Shown in pieces: positions 48,932-59,028 of a DNA stretch of 64,000 nt. The translations under genes and the position numbers were made by a program. Each line of letters starts with the position of its first letter. The first letter of the stretch is position 1. Origin of the DNA: an uncultured Alphaproteobacteria bacterium (GTDB lineage: Bacteria; Pseudomonadota; Alphaproteobacteria; Rs-D84); the NCBI GenBank assembly GCA_944392815.1, contig CALXXY010000003.1, positions 32,001 to 96,000 of the forward strand, written 5' to 3'. The notes below the pieces were generated by a model, which did not search any database, was not told the DNA's origin, and saw only the letters and a list, made by a program, of their open reading frames with translations.

Positions 48932-50077
48932 CTATTTACCGCGCACAGCCGCCCGAACAGATTTCGCAATCAACGCCGCGGGCGCGCCATCAGGTCTGCG
49001 CCATAAATCATCGGCCGACGCCAACGCGTCCGTCATTTTATCGCGCACCGATGGTATTGTTAACTGTTGTACATCGTCCAAAACATTTTCTGTTGTCGCG
49101 GCGGGACCCAAAAATTCCGGATACACACCACGATTCAGCAAAATATTAACCAACGACACCCAATTAACGCGAATGACCTGGCGCACCAGCCACGTTGTTA
49201 TCGGATTCATTTTATAAATAATAATCGCCGGCACATGCAACATCGCCAATTCGGCCGACACAGTACCACTGGCCGCAATCGCAATATACGTTTTTTCATA
49301 CACATCATATCGCATATCCGCCGTCACCAATTCAGGTTTCACGTCCCAATGTTTAATTTGCTGACGAATGTATGCGTCCGTCGTTTCAACGGTTGGGATA
49401 ACAAATTTATACCCAACATAGCCGTCCGCAACCAACTGATGCGCGACATCGCGAAAAATCGGGAACAGACGTTTGACCTCGGACATGCGGCTGCCGGGAA
49501 TTAAAGTGATAATTTTTTCGTCCGTGTGCGATTTTCTTTTACGCCCCAGCAATCCATCTGCTATGGGGTGACCAACCGCAACTGTGTCCAACCCATATTT
49601 AGTAAAATACGGTACCTCGAAATCAAAAAACGCGTATAATTTATCAAATGTCTGGGCATATTTTTTTGCGCGCCCAGCACGCCAGGCCCAAACCTGGGGC
49701 GCAACAACATGATGGAATTTCAACCCATCGGCAATCAGCGCACGCCCAGCTGGCATTTTACGCAATTTTTTTATCACGCTGCGCGCGAACCCGGGCGAAT
49801 CAATCGTCAAAACTATATCGGGCCGCATTTCGACAATGGCGTCAACCGTCTGATTAATACGCCGCGTTAATGTACGCGCATGGGCCGCGACCTCTATCAC
49901 CCCCATAACGGATAAATCAGACATCGGGAACAGCGATTTCAATCCCGCCCCAATCATATTTTCACCACCAATACCAACGAACGCGGCATCGTCCATTTCG
50001 CGCATAATACGCGCGCCCAAAACGTCACCAGACACTTCGCCGGCAATAATAAAAACTTTGATTTTTTTATTCTGCAT
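48932..50077 (-). CDS. lpxB: Lipid-A-disaccharide synthase
   Basis: IIAGEVSGDVLGA, IDSPGF, VAPQVWAWR, VGHP, PGSRMSE, ASGTVSAE. Confidence 0.96.
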   Translation of the reverse strand: MQNKKIKVFIIAGEVSGDVLGARIMREMDDAAFVGIGGENMIGAGLKSLFPMSDLSVMGVIEVAAHARTLTRRINQTVDAIVEMRPDIVLTIDSPGFARSVIKKLRKMPAGRALIADGLKFHHVVAPQVWAWRAGRAKKYAQTFDKLYAFFDFEVPYFTKYGLDTVAVGHPIADGLLGRKRKSHTDEKIITLIPGSRMSEVKRLFPIFRDVAHQLVADGYVGYKFVIPTVETTDAYIRQQIKHWDVKPELVTADMRYDVYEKTYIAIAASGTVSAELAMLHVPAIIIYKMNPITTWLVRQVIRVNWVSLVNILLNRGVYPEFLGPAATTENVLDDVQQLTIPSVRDKMTDALASADDLWRRPDGAPAALIAKSVRAAVRGK

Positions 50078-50864
50078 TTTTAGAAGTACCAATTCCACGT
50101 TTCGAACGATTTTCTATGAAATCAATCGCGTCCATGGCGTATTTGTTGTTTTTTACATCTTTACGGACGCGGGCCAAACGTTCAGAAACAGTTCCATCAG
50201 TACTGCGGAAAACAGCCGAATATACACTGTGGATTGCGTGCATATCTTCGTTTGTAAAACCATGACGCATTAATCCAACACGATTAATCGTGCGATACAC
50301 AGCACGCGGCGTCCCGTCATAAATGGCATACGGCAAAACATCGTTTCCAACGCCGGACATTCCGCCAATAAACGCATTACGCCCAATACGCGCGAATTGC
50401 AACACCATAACGCCACCGGACAAAATCGCGTAATCTTCGACCTCTACGTGACCAGCAACCTGAACCAGATTGGACATAACAACACTGTTGCCAATCTTGC
50501 AATCGTGCCCCACATGGGCATTCACCATAATTTGACAATCGTCACCGATAACGGTCCCGTCCGACGCAGGCGTCCCAGAATGAATGGTCACATATTCGCG
50601 AATTTTGCACCGTTTACCGATACGCAACCCGGTCATAGCGGATTCGTCCTGCCATTTTAAATCCTGGCTCATCACGCCCAAAACGGCGAACGGATAAACA
50701 ATAGAATCATCGCCTATGGACGTTTTTCCATCAATAACGACATTTGATACCAATTCCACACGGTCACCCAAAACCACATTTGGGCCAACGATACAGAACG
50801 GTCCTATTTTGCAATCGGCGCCCAAAACGGCGCCATCATGAATAATTGCTGTTGGGTGTATCAT
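50067..50864 (-). CDS. lpxA: UDP-N-acetylglucosamine O-acyltransferase
   Basis: IHPTAII, hexapeptide repeats, QDLK, IREYVTIHSGT, HVGHDC, AGHV. Confidence 0.96.
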   Translation of the reverse strand: MIHPTAIIHDGAVLGADCKIGPFCIVGPNVVLGDRVELVSNVVIDGKTSIGDDSIVYPFAVLGVMSQDLKWQDESAMTGLRIGKRCKIREYVTIHSGTPASDGTVIGDDCQIMVNAHVGHDCKIGNSVVMSNLVQVAGHVEVEDYAILSGGVMVLQFARIGRNAFIGGMSGVGNDVLPYAIYDGTPRAVYRTINRVGLMRHGFTNEDMHAIHSVYSAVFRSTDGTVSERLARVRKDVKNNKYAMDAIDFIENRSKRGIGTSKNAE

Positions 50865-50948
50865 AATATTCAGGCCTATATTTTTTTACTTTTCGCCTGG
50901 AATAATACATTATCCGCGCATAAATTGGTATTCAATAAATATAACGAA

Positions 50949-51956
50949 TTATAACAGGAATTTCATCTGGCCCCACGCATTGCCACGTGGCAAAGTTATC
51001 CAGTACAAAATCCCCAAACCGCTGACCGCGGGCATAACTGTGATTATCCCGAACAGCCCCAGCATTATCGCAAACATACGTTCACCAACATGTTCAGGCA
51101 ACTTTTCCGCATGCCATATGGACATAGCAAACAATATGAAAAACACAAACGTCATGCCCAGGAAAATCACCACGGATTCAGTCAAAACAAACAACGCCAT
51201 ACACAGCACTGCTATAAATCGTACCAGCCATTTTAATTTCACATACGCACTGTGCCGAATTGCACCATGTGGCCGCAGATTACGCAACGCAATCGTCGCC
51301 GCAACCGCCGCCGCCATTAAAATCAAAAACAACAAATGCACCGGCGTCAATGCCCCCAATTGACCAAACCGGAAAAATTCCGGCTGCATTAACATGGCGA
51401 CAGTCGTCACCCCCATAACCAGCGCAGTTCCCGCTATGGGTCGCATTTCGCACCGCGCCATACGCCCAACCAGTCCACCAAACAAAAACGCACCGATTTG
51501 CAACAGTGGTCCCCACCACGCATGAATATCAGACAACCCAATCGCGGCCAAAATCATCACCCAACAAACAACAATTCCCCATTTTTGTCGGCCACTGGCA
51601 CCACGAAACTTTGGCAAATTAAACCCACGCGAATACGACCCGACAAACACAGACGCCACAAAAACTATGGCCGCGATTAAAAACGGCAACACAGTTGCAT
51701 TATCACGCAACACGGCATAATTGCCGCCAAACAACACAACCCACGCCAACGTCAGAATCACCGCAGCCAGCGACGTGCGCGACATAATATTTTCTGAATT
51801 CCAGCCAATGCGCTGCAAAAACGCATGCCCACAAAAATACACCATCATAAACACAGGCACCGCCAAAATCGCCCACCACAAAAACGCAGGCGCCGCCAAC
51901 GCGGCATTATTAAACGCGCTTATTGCACTTTGCACAATCATACTGCTTTCAAACAT
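50949..51956 (-). CDS. Hypothetical polytopic membrane protein
   Basis: 335 aa, about 10 hydrophobic segments, AAGG RBS. Confidence 0.8.
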   Translation of the reverse strand: MFESSMIVQSAISAFNNAALAAPAFLWWAILAVPVFMMVYFCGHAFLQRIGWNSENIMSRTSLAAVILTLAWVVLFGGNYAVLRDNATVLPFLIAAIVFVASVFVGSYSRGFNLPKFRGASGRQKWGIVVCWVMILAAIGLSDIHAWWGPLLQIGAFLFGGLVGRMARCEMRPIAGTALVMGVTTVAMLMQPEFFRFGQLGALTPVHLLFLILMAAAVAATIALRNLRPHGAIRHSAYVKLKWLVRFIAVLCMALFVLTESVVIFLGMTFVFFILFAMSIWHAEKLPEHVGERMFAIMLGLFGIITVMPAVSGLGILYWITLPRGNAWGQMKFLL

Positions 51957-51994
51957 AAACTTGCCTTTTTACTTTGTTGGATTATTATACAGAC

Positions 51995-52669
51995 ATGGCG
52001 CAAAAACAAGAAATTTTTACCCTGATGGGCGGTCGTGTCCGCATAAGTCGCGGTCGATACAACCCCACGTCCGACGCAGTTTGGCTGGCGGCATTCGTGC
52101 CGGCGGGCGCAAAAACCGTGCTGGACGTCGGCATCGGCACGGGCGGGGCGGGGCTGTGCACACTGGCCCACGATGGGAATATTCGCCTGACAGGCATTGA
52201 CACATCGAACGAAATGTTGGCCGAATGCGCCAAAAACGCGGAACTGAACAATCGCGACATTGAATTAATTAACGCAGACATCACCACATGGCGCACCGCG
52301 CGCACGTTTGACGTGGTCATCACAAACCCGCCATATTTTCGTGGCACCCCGGCGAAACATAACGCCCACCACAATGCAGATTTAACCACCTGGACACGAA
52401 AATGCATCGCACGCACACGCCCGCGTGGACATTTTTGCATAATTATCGCGGCCGACCGCATGGCCGAAGTCACCGCAGAAATGTCAAAACACTGTGGCGA
52501 CATAACCATTATCCCATTGTTTGGCGCAAAACAAACCGCAGAACGCGTGCTGCTGCGTGGGCGTGTTGGGACACGGGGCGGGGCAACGTTGCATATTGGC
52601 CTGTCCATGAATAATGACGCCATATTACGTGATGGCTTGACTATTTCGGATACATTGGGTACCCTGTGA
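51995..52669 (+). CDS. SAM-dependent methyltransferase (TrmN6/YfiC-like)
   Basis: DAVWLAAF, VLDVGIGTG, FDVVITNPPYF. Confidence 0.85.
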   Translation: MAQKQEIFTLMGGRVRISRGRYNPTSDAVWLAAFVPAGAKTVLDVGIGTGGAGLCTLAHDGNIRLTGIDTSNEMLAECAKNAELNNRDIELINADITTWRTARTFDVVITNPPYFRGTPAKHNAHHNADLTTWTRKCIARTRPRGHFCIIIAADRMAEVTAEMSKHCGDITIIPLFGAKQTAERVLLRGRVGTRGGATLHIGLSMNNDAILRDGLTISDTLGTL

Positions 52670-52673
52670 CAAT

Positions 52674-53951
52674 ATGATAAATTTTATAACACGATATTTT
52701 ACGTCCCTGTGGGCATTTATAACATCGCCATTTCGCGCGATGTGGCGTGTAATATGCCGCGTATTTCCACCACGCGAATTCACAGTTATGGACACCCCCC
52801 GCGGAAACGTATACACTTTTAAACAAAGCAGTTTTTGGCGCTTTACAAAATTCTGTGGGAAAATAGGTCTGGTTTTATGGGCCACATGGTCGACATACGT
52901 ATTTGTATACCACCGCCCATTACTGCAAAAACGCACCCAGGAATTGGATGCGGCAAAATCCATGCACGCGCGTCAAATGACTGATTTACAGGTATACCTG
53001 CAGAAATACAATGATTTAACCCGCGATTTAAATGTCACAGACGATAAAATCCTGAACGCCGCCGATTTAACAGACACCCAACGCGAAGATTTAATGAACA
53101 GCCGTCTGAAAACATGGGGCGAATTGGATTTTCTGCGCACTCGCCTGACGGAAATGTTCACAAATGACGAGTATGCAGCGGAATATACAAACCTGTCTGA
53201 ATTGTCGGCCGAACTGGAATTGACACGCGCAGAAAACGAAATGCTGAAAAAACGCAATACCCAATTGGTTGCGTCAATGGAACAAATCGCCACCGCAGAC
53301 ATTCAAATTGTTGACGCGGTATCAAAATTGGCCACTGAAAACATAGACAACCTGCGCGACAATATCCGCGGCATCAGTACAACCATCGCGTCACTGGGAC
53401 TGACCCAGAAAAAATTGGTAAACAGCGCGAACAAATTTTCAAATCCATTTGTGGGCGCGGCATATTCACCAATTGAATTTGACGATGAATTGGACCCAAA
53501 ATACCAGAAATTGGCCGATGATTTAGAATTATGGAACGGCCTGGCAAAATTAAATACTATGTTGCCATTGGGCGCACCTGTGGAAAAAATGCGCGTCACA
53601 TCAAATTTTGGCACACGCAACGATCCATTCACCGGCGAACCCAAACGCCACCGCGGCATTGATTTTGCCGGTAAAATCGGCACAGAATTAATGGCTGTCG
53701 CCCCCGGCCGCGTGGTATCTGCGGGCGAACGCGTGGGATACGGCACAACGGTGGAAATCGACCACGGATTGGGATTCACGACACTGTACGCCCACCTGTC
53801 ACAAACATTGGTCACACGTGGCGATTGGGTGCGTCCGGGCACAGTCATCGGCCTGGCTGGATCCACGGGCCGTTCAACTGGACCGCATTTGCATTATGAA
53901 ATTCGGTACAAGGGCGTCCCATTCGACCCCGCAAAATTTGTAAAGGAATAA
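52674..53951 (+). CDS. M23 family metallopeptidase with coiled coil
   Basis: TSNFGTR.DPF, HRGIDF, YAHL, STGPHLHYEI; adjacent to bactofilin. Confidence 0.93.
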   Translation: MINFITRYFTSLWAFITSPFRAMWRVICRVFPPREFTVMDTPRGNVYTFKQSSFWRFTKFCGKIGLVLWATWSTYVFVYHRPLLQKRTQELDAAKSMHARQMTDLQVYLQKYNDLTRDLNVTDDKILNAADLTDTQREDLMNSRLKTWGELDFLRTRLTEMFTNDEYAAEYTNLSELSAELELTRAENEMLKKRNTQLVASMEQIATADIQIVDAVSKLATENIDNLRDNIRGISTTIASLGLTQKKLVNSANKFSNPFVGAAYSPIEFDDELDPKYQKLADDLELWNGLAKLNTMLPLGAPVEKMRVTSNFGTRNDPFTGEPKRHRGIDFAGKIGTELMAVAPGRVVSAGERVGYGTTVEIDHGLGFTTLYAHLSQTLVTRGDWVRPGTVIGLAGSTGRSTGPHLHYEIRYKGVPFDPAKFVKE

Positions 53952-53955
53952 AACC

Positions 53956-54309
53956 ATGTTGGCATTTACAAACGCAAAAGAAAAACAATCACCGACAATT
54001 ATCGGCGCGGGCTGTAAATTAACCGGCGACATAAAAACTGACCACACCGTGCAAATTCACGGCAACGTCGTTGGCAACGTCACGGCCGACACAGTCATCA
54101 TTGGCCGCGGCGGTCATGTGGTTGGCAAAGTGACCGCGACAAACCTGTTTTTGCACGGTTCGTTGGACGGCCCGGCAACGGTAAACACGGCCAACATTTT
54201 CAGCAACGCCCAAATGACCGGCACACTGTCTTATTTCACATTAAACATCACTGGGAACACAGGCCTGGAATGCAAATTGGCCAAGCGCAAGGATAAAAAA
54301 AATGAATAA
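53956..54309 (+). CDS. Bactofilin (polymer-forming cytoskeletal protein)
   Basis: TIIG.G..LTGDI......IHG.V.GNV.A..V.IG..G.V.G.V.A beta-helix pattern; M23-bactofilin synteny. Confidence 0.88.
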   Translation: MLAFTNAKEKQSPTIIGAGCKLTGDIKTDHTVQIHGNVVGNVTADTVIIGRGGHVVGKVTATNLFLHGSLDGPATVNTANIFSNAQMTGTLSYFTLNITGNTGLECKLAKRKDKKNE

Positions 54310-54748
54310 AAACATATCAAAAATATACATAGCCGCCGACCACCGTGGGGTGGGGGTAAAATTATACCTGATTGAAATGTTGGCGGCAATTGGATACAAC
54401 CTGGTAAATCTGGGGACTGACGATTTAAACACACCCGTCGATTTTCCAGACATTGCCAAAACATTGGCCGACGCAATGGCGAACGACGAAAAATCCCGCG
54501 GCATTTTAATCTGTGGCACTGGCGCAGGTATGCAAATCGCGGCCAACCGTTATCGCCACATTCGCGCATCACGCTGTGAACGCCCGGACCAGGCCCGCGA
54601 CGACAGATTCCACGACGACATCAACGTGCTGGCATTGGCCGCCGACGATATTGATATAGAGGTATCTTTCCTGGTCGCGCGCGCATTTTTGGAAAGCCCA
54701 TTTGACAATTCCGAACGCCGCGTTCGCAGATTGAAAAAAATCTCGTAA
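54302..54748 (+). CDS. rpiB: Ribose-5-phosphate isomerase B
   Basis: IAADHRG, VDFPD, GILICGTGAGMQIAANR, NVLAL. Confidence 0.92.
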   Translation: MNKNISKIYIAADHRGVGVKLYLIEMLAAIGYNLVNLGTDDLNTPVDFPDIAKTLADAMANDEKSRGILICGTGAGMQIAANRYRHIRASRCERPDQARDDRFHDDINVLALAADDIDIEVSFLVARAFLESPFDNSERRVRRLKKIS

Positions 54749-54774
54749 TCAAAAAACGCCCAACCGGGCGTTTT

Positions 54775-57171
54775 TTATTTCTTTACAACAAAATTCACCA
54801 TTTTATTTGGCACAACGATGGTTTTGATTATTTCAGCATCGCCCAAACGTCGTGCGGCCACATCACGCGCGGCGGCAACAATTTCAGATTCCGGCGCGTC
54901 AACACCAATCTGAAAATCGCCCGCGCGTTTACCGTTAACCGACGCGACAATGGTCATTGTCGTTTTAACCAATTTGGCCGCGTCATACGTTGGCCACGGT
55001 TGAAACACCAACATATCCGCGTGCCCCAAACGTTCCCAGATTTCTTCTGTCAAATGTGGCGCAAACGGATTTAACATTTGAATCAACACTTCGTACGCAG
55101 CGCGCGGCATACCACCATCAAATTGATTGATAAATTCCATCATTGCAGAAATCGCGGTATTAAAACGCATATTTTCCAAACGTTCGGTCATATCAGCAAT
55201 TAATTGATTAACCAAACGTTCCTGTTCGGGCGTCATAACATCGTCTGTCAGTTTGTCCGCCATATTTTCCACACGTTTCAGGAATCTTTGCACCCCGGCC
55301 AGCGCACCGTCCGACCAGTTCACATTCGTATCCCACGGTCCCAGCGACAACACAGTCGTACGCGCGGCATCGGCACCAACACGCGCCACCATTTCATCAA
55401 CCTGGAATCCATTGCCGGCGGATTTAGACATTTTTTTACCGTCCGACCCCATCAGCAATCCGTTCGTGGTACGTTTTTTATACGGCTCGACAGTGTTTAC
55501 AAAACCCAAATCATACAACGCTTTGTGCCAAAAACGCGAATAAATCAAATGACGCGTATTGTGTTCATTGCCGCCATTATAATGATTTACCGGCATCCAG
55601 CGTTCCATTTGTTCCCGCGAACAAAATTCTTTGTCATTACGCGGATCCAGATACCGCATATAATACCACGACGAACCCGCCCACTGCGGCATAGTATCCG
55701 TTTCGCGTCGCGCCGGCGCGCCACATTTCGGACACATGGTATTCACCCAATCAGTCGCGCGGGCCAGGGGACTTTCGCCGTCCTCGGTCGGACGGTAATT
55801 TTCCATATACGGCTGCATTAACGGCAATTCAGATTCAGGCACCGGCACCCAACCGCATTTTTCACAATAGACCAATGGGATTGGCTCGCCCCAATACATC
55901 TGGCGCGAAAAACCCCAATCAGTCATTTTGAAACGTGTTTTCGGGCGGGCAAAGCCGTGTTCCTCGCCATACTTAATCGCGGCGGCGATTGCATCGGCCT
56001 TGTTCATGCCATTTAAAAATCCTGAATTAATATGCGCGCCGTCACCGGTCCAAACCTTGTCGGATTCGCCACCATCAATCACAGGAATAATTTTCAAACC
56101 GAATTTTTTCGCAAAATCCCAGTCGCGTTCATCGTGCGCCGGAACAGCCATAATAGTACCATGCGCATAATTCACCAATACATAGTCCGCCACAAACACG
56201 GGGATTTCATCGCCTGTAAATGGATTGCGCGCCATTATGCCGTCCAAACGCACACCTGTTTTTTCTTTTGTTGCGTCCGTCCGATCAAATTCGGATTTTT
56301 CGGCCGATTGTTTTATATACGCACGCACCGCGTCCGCGTTTTTAATGCGCCCGTCAGCCAGCCATTTGGCAACCAATTTGTGTTCCGGCGCAATCGCACA
56401 GAATGTCGCACCGAATATAGTATCAACACGTGTGGTGTAAACGGTCATTACATCGTCACCGACCATAAAATCAACGTCCGCACCAGTGGATTTACCAATC
56501 CAGTTTATCTGATCGCGCTTTACACGTTCCGGATAATCAACCAATTTCAAATCATCCAACAAACGCTGGGCATATTTAGTAATCGCCAGATTCCACTGCA
56601 TTTTTTCACGAATTTCGACTGGTCCATGACAACGATTGCATTTGCCATCTTCCAATTCTTCGTTGGTCAACGTGGTGCGGCAATTCGGACACCAGTTCAT
56701 CGGCAACATGGACTTGTACGCCAAACCTGCATTGAAAAATTGAATAAACATCCACTGGGTCCATTTGATATATTCAGGATCCGACGTCGCAATTTGCGAT
56801 TTCAAATCAATCGACCAACCCATTTCCACCATATTGGCAGTAAACTTTTGCACCAGGTCACGAACAACCTCGGACGGGTGTTTGCCAATTTTCGTGGCAT
56901 AGTTTTCCGCCGAAATCCCCAATGAATCAAAGCCCAACGGATATAAAACATCATAACCCTGCATACGACGAAAACGCGCCATAACGTCACACCCGGTGTA
57001 ATTCAACATATGTCCGCCATGCAATCCAGTGCCCGATGGAAAAGGAAATTCCGCCAACATATAAAACGGTGTCTTGCTGCCATCATTTTTAGGGGTAAAA
57101 ACACCGGCGTCCGCCCAACGGCGTTGCCATTTTTCTTCGCGTTCATGAATTTTTTTAATATCGTCTGCCAT
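54775..57171 (-). CDS. leuS: Leucine--tRNA ligase
   Basis: FPFPSGTGLHGGH, NWIGKS, YTTRVDT editing domain, AVPAHDERD, KMSKS, LNPFAPH. Confidence 0.97.
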   Translation of the reverse strand: MADDIKKIHEREEKWQRRWADAGVFTPKNDGSKTPFYMLAEFPFPSGTGLHGGHMLNYTGCDVMARFRRMQGYDVLYPLGFDSLGISAENYATKIGKHPSEVVRDLVQKFTANMVEMGWSIDLKSQIATSDPEYIKWTQWMFIQFFNAGLAYKSMLPMNWCPNCRTTLTNEELEDGKCNRCHGPVEIREKMQWNLAITKYAQRLLDDLKLVDYPERVKRDQINWIGKSTGADVDFMVGDDVMTVYTTRVDTIFGATFCAIAPEHKLVAKWLADGRIKNADAVRAYIKQSAEKSEFDRTDATKEKTGVRLDGIMARNPFTGDEIPVFVADYVLVNYAHGTIMAVPAHDERDWDFAKKFGLKIIPVIDGGESDKVWTGDGAHINSGFLNGMNKADAIAAAIKYGEEHGFARPKTRFKMTDWGFSRQMYWGEPIPLVYCEKCGWVPVPESELPLMQPYMENYRPTEDGESPLARATDWVNTMCPKCGAPARRETDTMPQWAGSSWYYMRYLDPRNDKEFCSREQMERWMPVNHYNGGNEHNTRHLIYSRFWHKALYDLGFVNTVEPYKKRTTNGLLMGSDGKKMSKSAGNGFQVDEMVARVGADAARTTVLSLGPWDTNVNWSDGALAGVQRFLKRVENMADKLTDDVMTPEQERLVNQLIADMTERLENMRFNTAISAMMEFINQFDGGMPRAAYEVLIQMLNPFAPHLTEEIWERLGHADMLVFQPWPTYDAAKLVKTTMTIVASVNGKRAGDFQIGVDAPESEIVAAARDVAARRLGDAEIIKTIVVPNKMVNFVVKK

Positions 57172-57236
57172 TTTTATAACCTGTTGTTAAATTCTGGAAA
57201 AATTTTATACATAAAATATGCTGGATTCAAGGAGTT

Positions 57237-57953
57237 TTATTGCGCCACCCGGCGCAAAAGTGCCAAATATTCCACATTGCCACTGCCGCCGCGAATGGGC
57301 GATTCAATAATACCAGATTGTTTATAGCCATTTTTTTCAAAGTTTTGTACAACGTTTTGAATGGCCGCGGCACGTTCAGATTCACTTTTAATCACACCAT
57401 GCGCACGGGCGGCAACATTGCGGGAAACCTCGAACTGGGGCTTAATCAGGGCGATAATTTGCGGCGCATTCCATGCGACCAGCGCATCGCTGATGTTGGT
57501 TAATGAAATAAACGACACATCAACCACAATCAAATCAACCGACCGCATGGGGGACAACGACCGAATATCCGTCTGTTCCAGCGCGGTCACACGCGCATCA
57601 TTTTTTAACGAATCCACCAATTGATTTGTGCCGACATCAACCGCAATCACATGCGCCGCCCCGCGCGATAACAGCGTTTCTGTAAAACCACCAGTACTGG
57701 CACCAACATCCAAACAAACATACCCCGCGGGATTCACCCCAAACGCGTCCAGCGCAGCCCCCAATTTCAAACTGCCGCGCCCAGTGGAATAGGGCAGCGC
57801 CCCGCCAACAATCACATCTGTGTCGGCAACGTCCATACTCGGCTTTTGCGCACGCGCCCCATTCACAGTCACCAGACCCGATTTAATCGCCGCCGCCGCG
57901 CGCGCCCGCGTGGAATACAGATTTCGTGAAACCAGTGCGATATCTAATCTCAT
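57237..57953 (-). CDS. tlyA: TlyA-family rRNA 2'-O-methyltransferase
   Basis: RLD S4 domain, LDVGASTGGFT, AVDVG..QL, DVSFISL, LIKPQFE, GNVEY. Confidence 0.93.
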   Translation of the reverse strand: MRLDIALVSRNLYSTRARAAAAIKSGLVTVNGARAQKPSMDVADTDVIVGGALPYSTGRGSLKLGAALDAFGVNPAGYVCLDVGASTGGFTETLLSRGAAHVIAVDVGTNQLVDSLKNDARVTALEQTDIRSLSPMRSVDLIVVDVSFISLTNISDALVAWNAPQIIALIKPQFEVSRNVAARAHGVIKSESERAAAIQNVVQNFEKNGYKQSGIIESPIRGGSGNVEYLALLRRVAQ

Positions 57954-57997
57954 ACCGAAAATTGTACCGCAGCATTCACGTAAAATCAAATAAGTCC

Positions 57998-58026
57998 TTG
58001 CACCACCCGCGCACACGCGATAATAT
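57998..58026 (+). promoter_or_regulatory. Putative promoter of the C4-like RNA / Cys-rich gene pair
   Basis: TTGCAC-N17-TAATAT, divergent from the tlyA promoter. Confidence 0.55.
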
Positions 58027-58115
58027 AACAAATGTCGGTGGGTGTTCCACCGATGGGGTGTCGAAACCCGTTAAACTAGCGTCAGGCAACTGATGAATTA
58101 AACTCCGATCTAGCA

Positions 58116-58187
58116 TGGTTGGAGGGCTTGCGAATATATTGAATAAGCAGCACTATTCTAGTTTATAGTTTCGAACCTCCAACCACC
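58116..58187 (+). ncRNA. C4 antisense RNA-like element
   Basis: Closing stem TGGTTGGAGG/CCTCCAACCA; internal CTAGTTT and GTTTCGA are exact reverse complements of upstream AAACTAG (58073-79) and TCGAAAC (58061-67); layout resembles phage C4 RNAs. Confidence 0.65.
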
Positions 58188-58245
58188 TGAATTTTTCTGG
58201 TGGTTTTTTCATTATCAAAACAAATGAAACAAGGGAGGTTGCATA

Positions 58246-58689
58246 ATGAAAAAACATTTAATACTGGTCGGGGTGTTTTCCGTGGCCATAGTCCAATCAC
58301 AACCCGCGATGGCCGTGACGAAGTGCGTGGCGTTAAACAGCCGCAGTACAACGTGTGCATATGCAAGTTCAGAATTCGATGTTACTGATTGGACAACAAC
58401 ATGCACTACAAACGATGTAAGTATTCCGATAAAAGGCATAGGGATATGTGCTAATGCAAGTGCTAGCGCCCTAGGAACAACAACAACACAACTAGACCTG
58501 TCGTCCACTGCTGATGATAACAAATATTGTTGGTGCCGTATGATAAGTCCTGCTGTGTCGCGCTGGGTGTATGTCAACTCAACCCCGACAGCGGGCGATT
58601 GTCACCATAGGTGCGCATCATACTGCGCGACGAATGTTCGTGATACACCGCTCTTTCGGCGTGGAATGTTCGGCTCGCTTTCTGACTAA
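58246..58689 (+). CDS. Secreted Cys-rich protein, gene A
   Basis: GGAGG RBS; signal peptide ending AMA; 9 Cys in mature part incl. YCWCRM and CxxxCxxxC. Confidence 0.85.
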   Translation: MKKHLILVGVFSVAIVQSQPAMAVTKCVALNSRSTTCAYASSEFDVTDWTTTCTTNDVSIPIKGIGICANASASALGTTTTQLDLSSTADDNKYCWCRMISPAVSRWVYVNSTPTAGDCHHRCASYCATNVRDTPLFRRGMFGSLSD

Positions 58690-58701
58690 TGGGGGCGCAC
58701 A

Positions 58702-59028
58702 ATGAAAAGAATACTGATTTTATTTGCATTATGTTGTCCGGTATCTGCGATGGCCCTGGATATAGAAGGTGGAGTAGTCGTTGGTCCGCCAGTGCAGGCA
58801 ATAAGCACCCCATCAACTTCATGCCCGTCGGGTTATACTGCGGTGGTCGAGGAACATATGGATATTGCGAACAGTTCATGCCCATCGGGCTATACGTCCG
58901 CCGGCACAGCAACCAGTTGTATCGCGTCCAACCCCGGCGGGTCGTGTATTATGTACGCCCCGGTGGGTGTATCGTATACAGACACCACCGGCATATATGA
59001 ATTCGAACAACCCTGCGCAATGGAATAA
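58702..59028 (+). CDS. Secreted Cys-rich protein, gene B
   Basis: GGGGG RBS; signal peptide ending AMA; two SCPSGY repeats; paralogous fragment at 15987-16127. Confidence 0.85.
   Translation: MKRILILFALCCPVSAMALDIEGGVVVGPPVQAISTPSTSCPSGYTAVVEEHMDIANSSCPSGYTSAGTATSCIASNPGGSCIMYAPVGVSYTDTTGIYEFEQPCAME

Noticed and set aside
58030-58210. Retron msr-msd, DGR template or riboswitch
   Set aside because: No reverse transcriptase in the window and no recognisable aptamer; the a/b complementarity pattern fits C4-type RNA better
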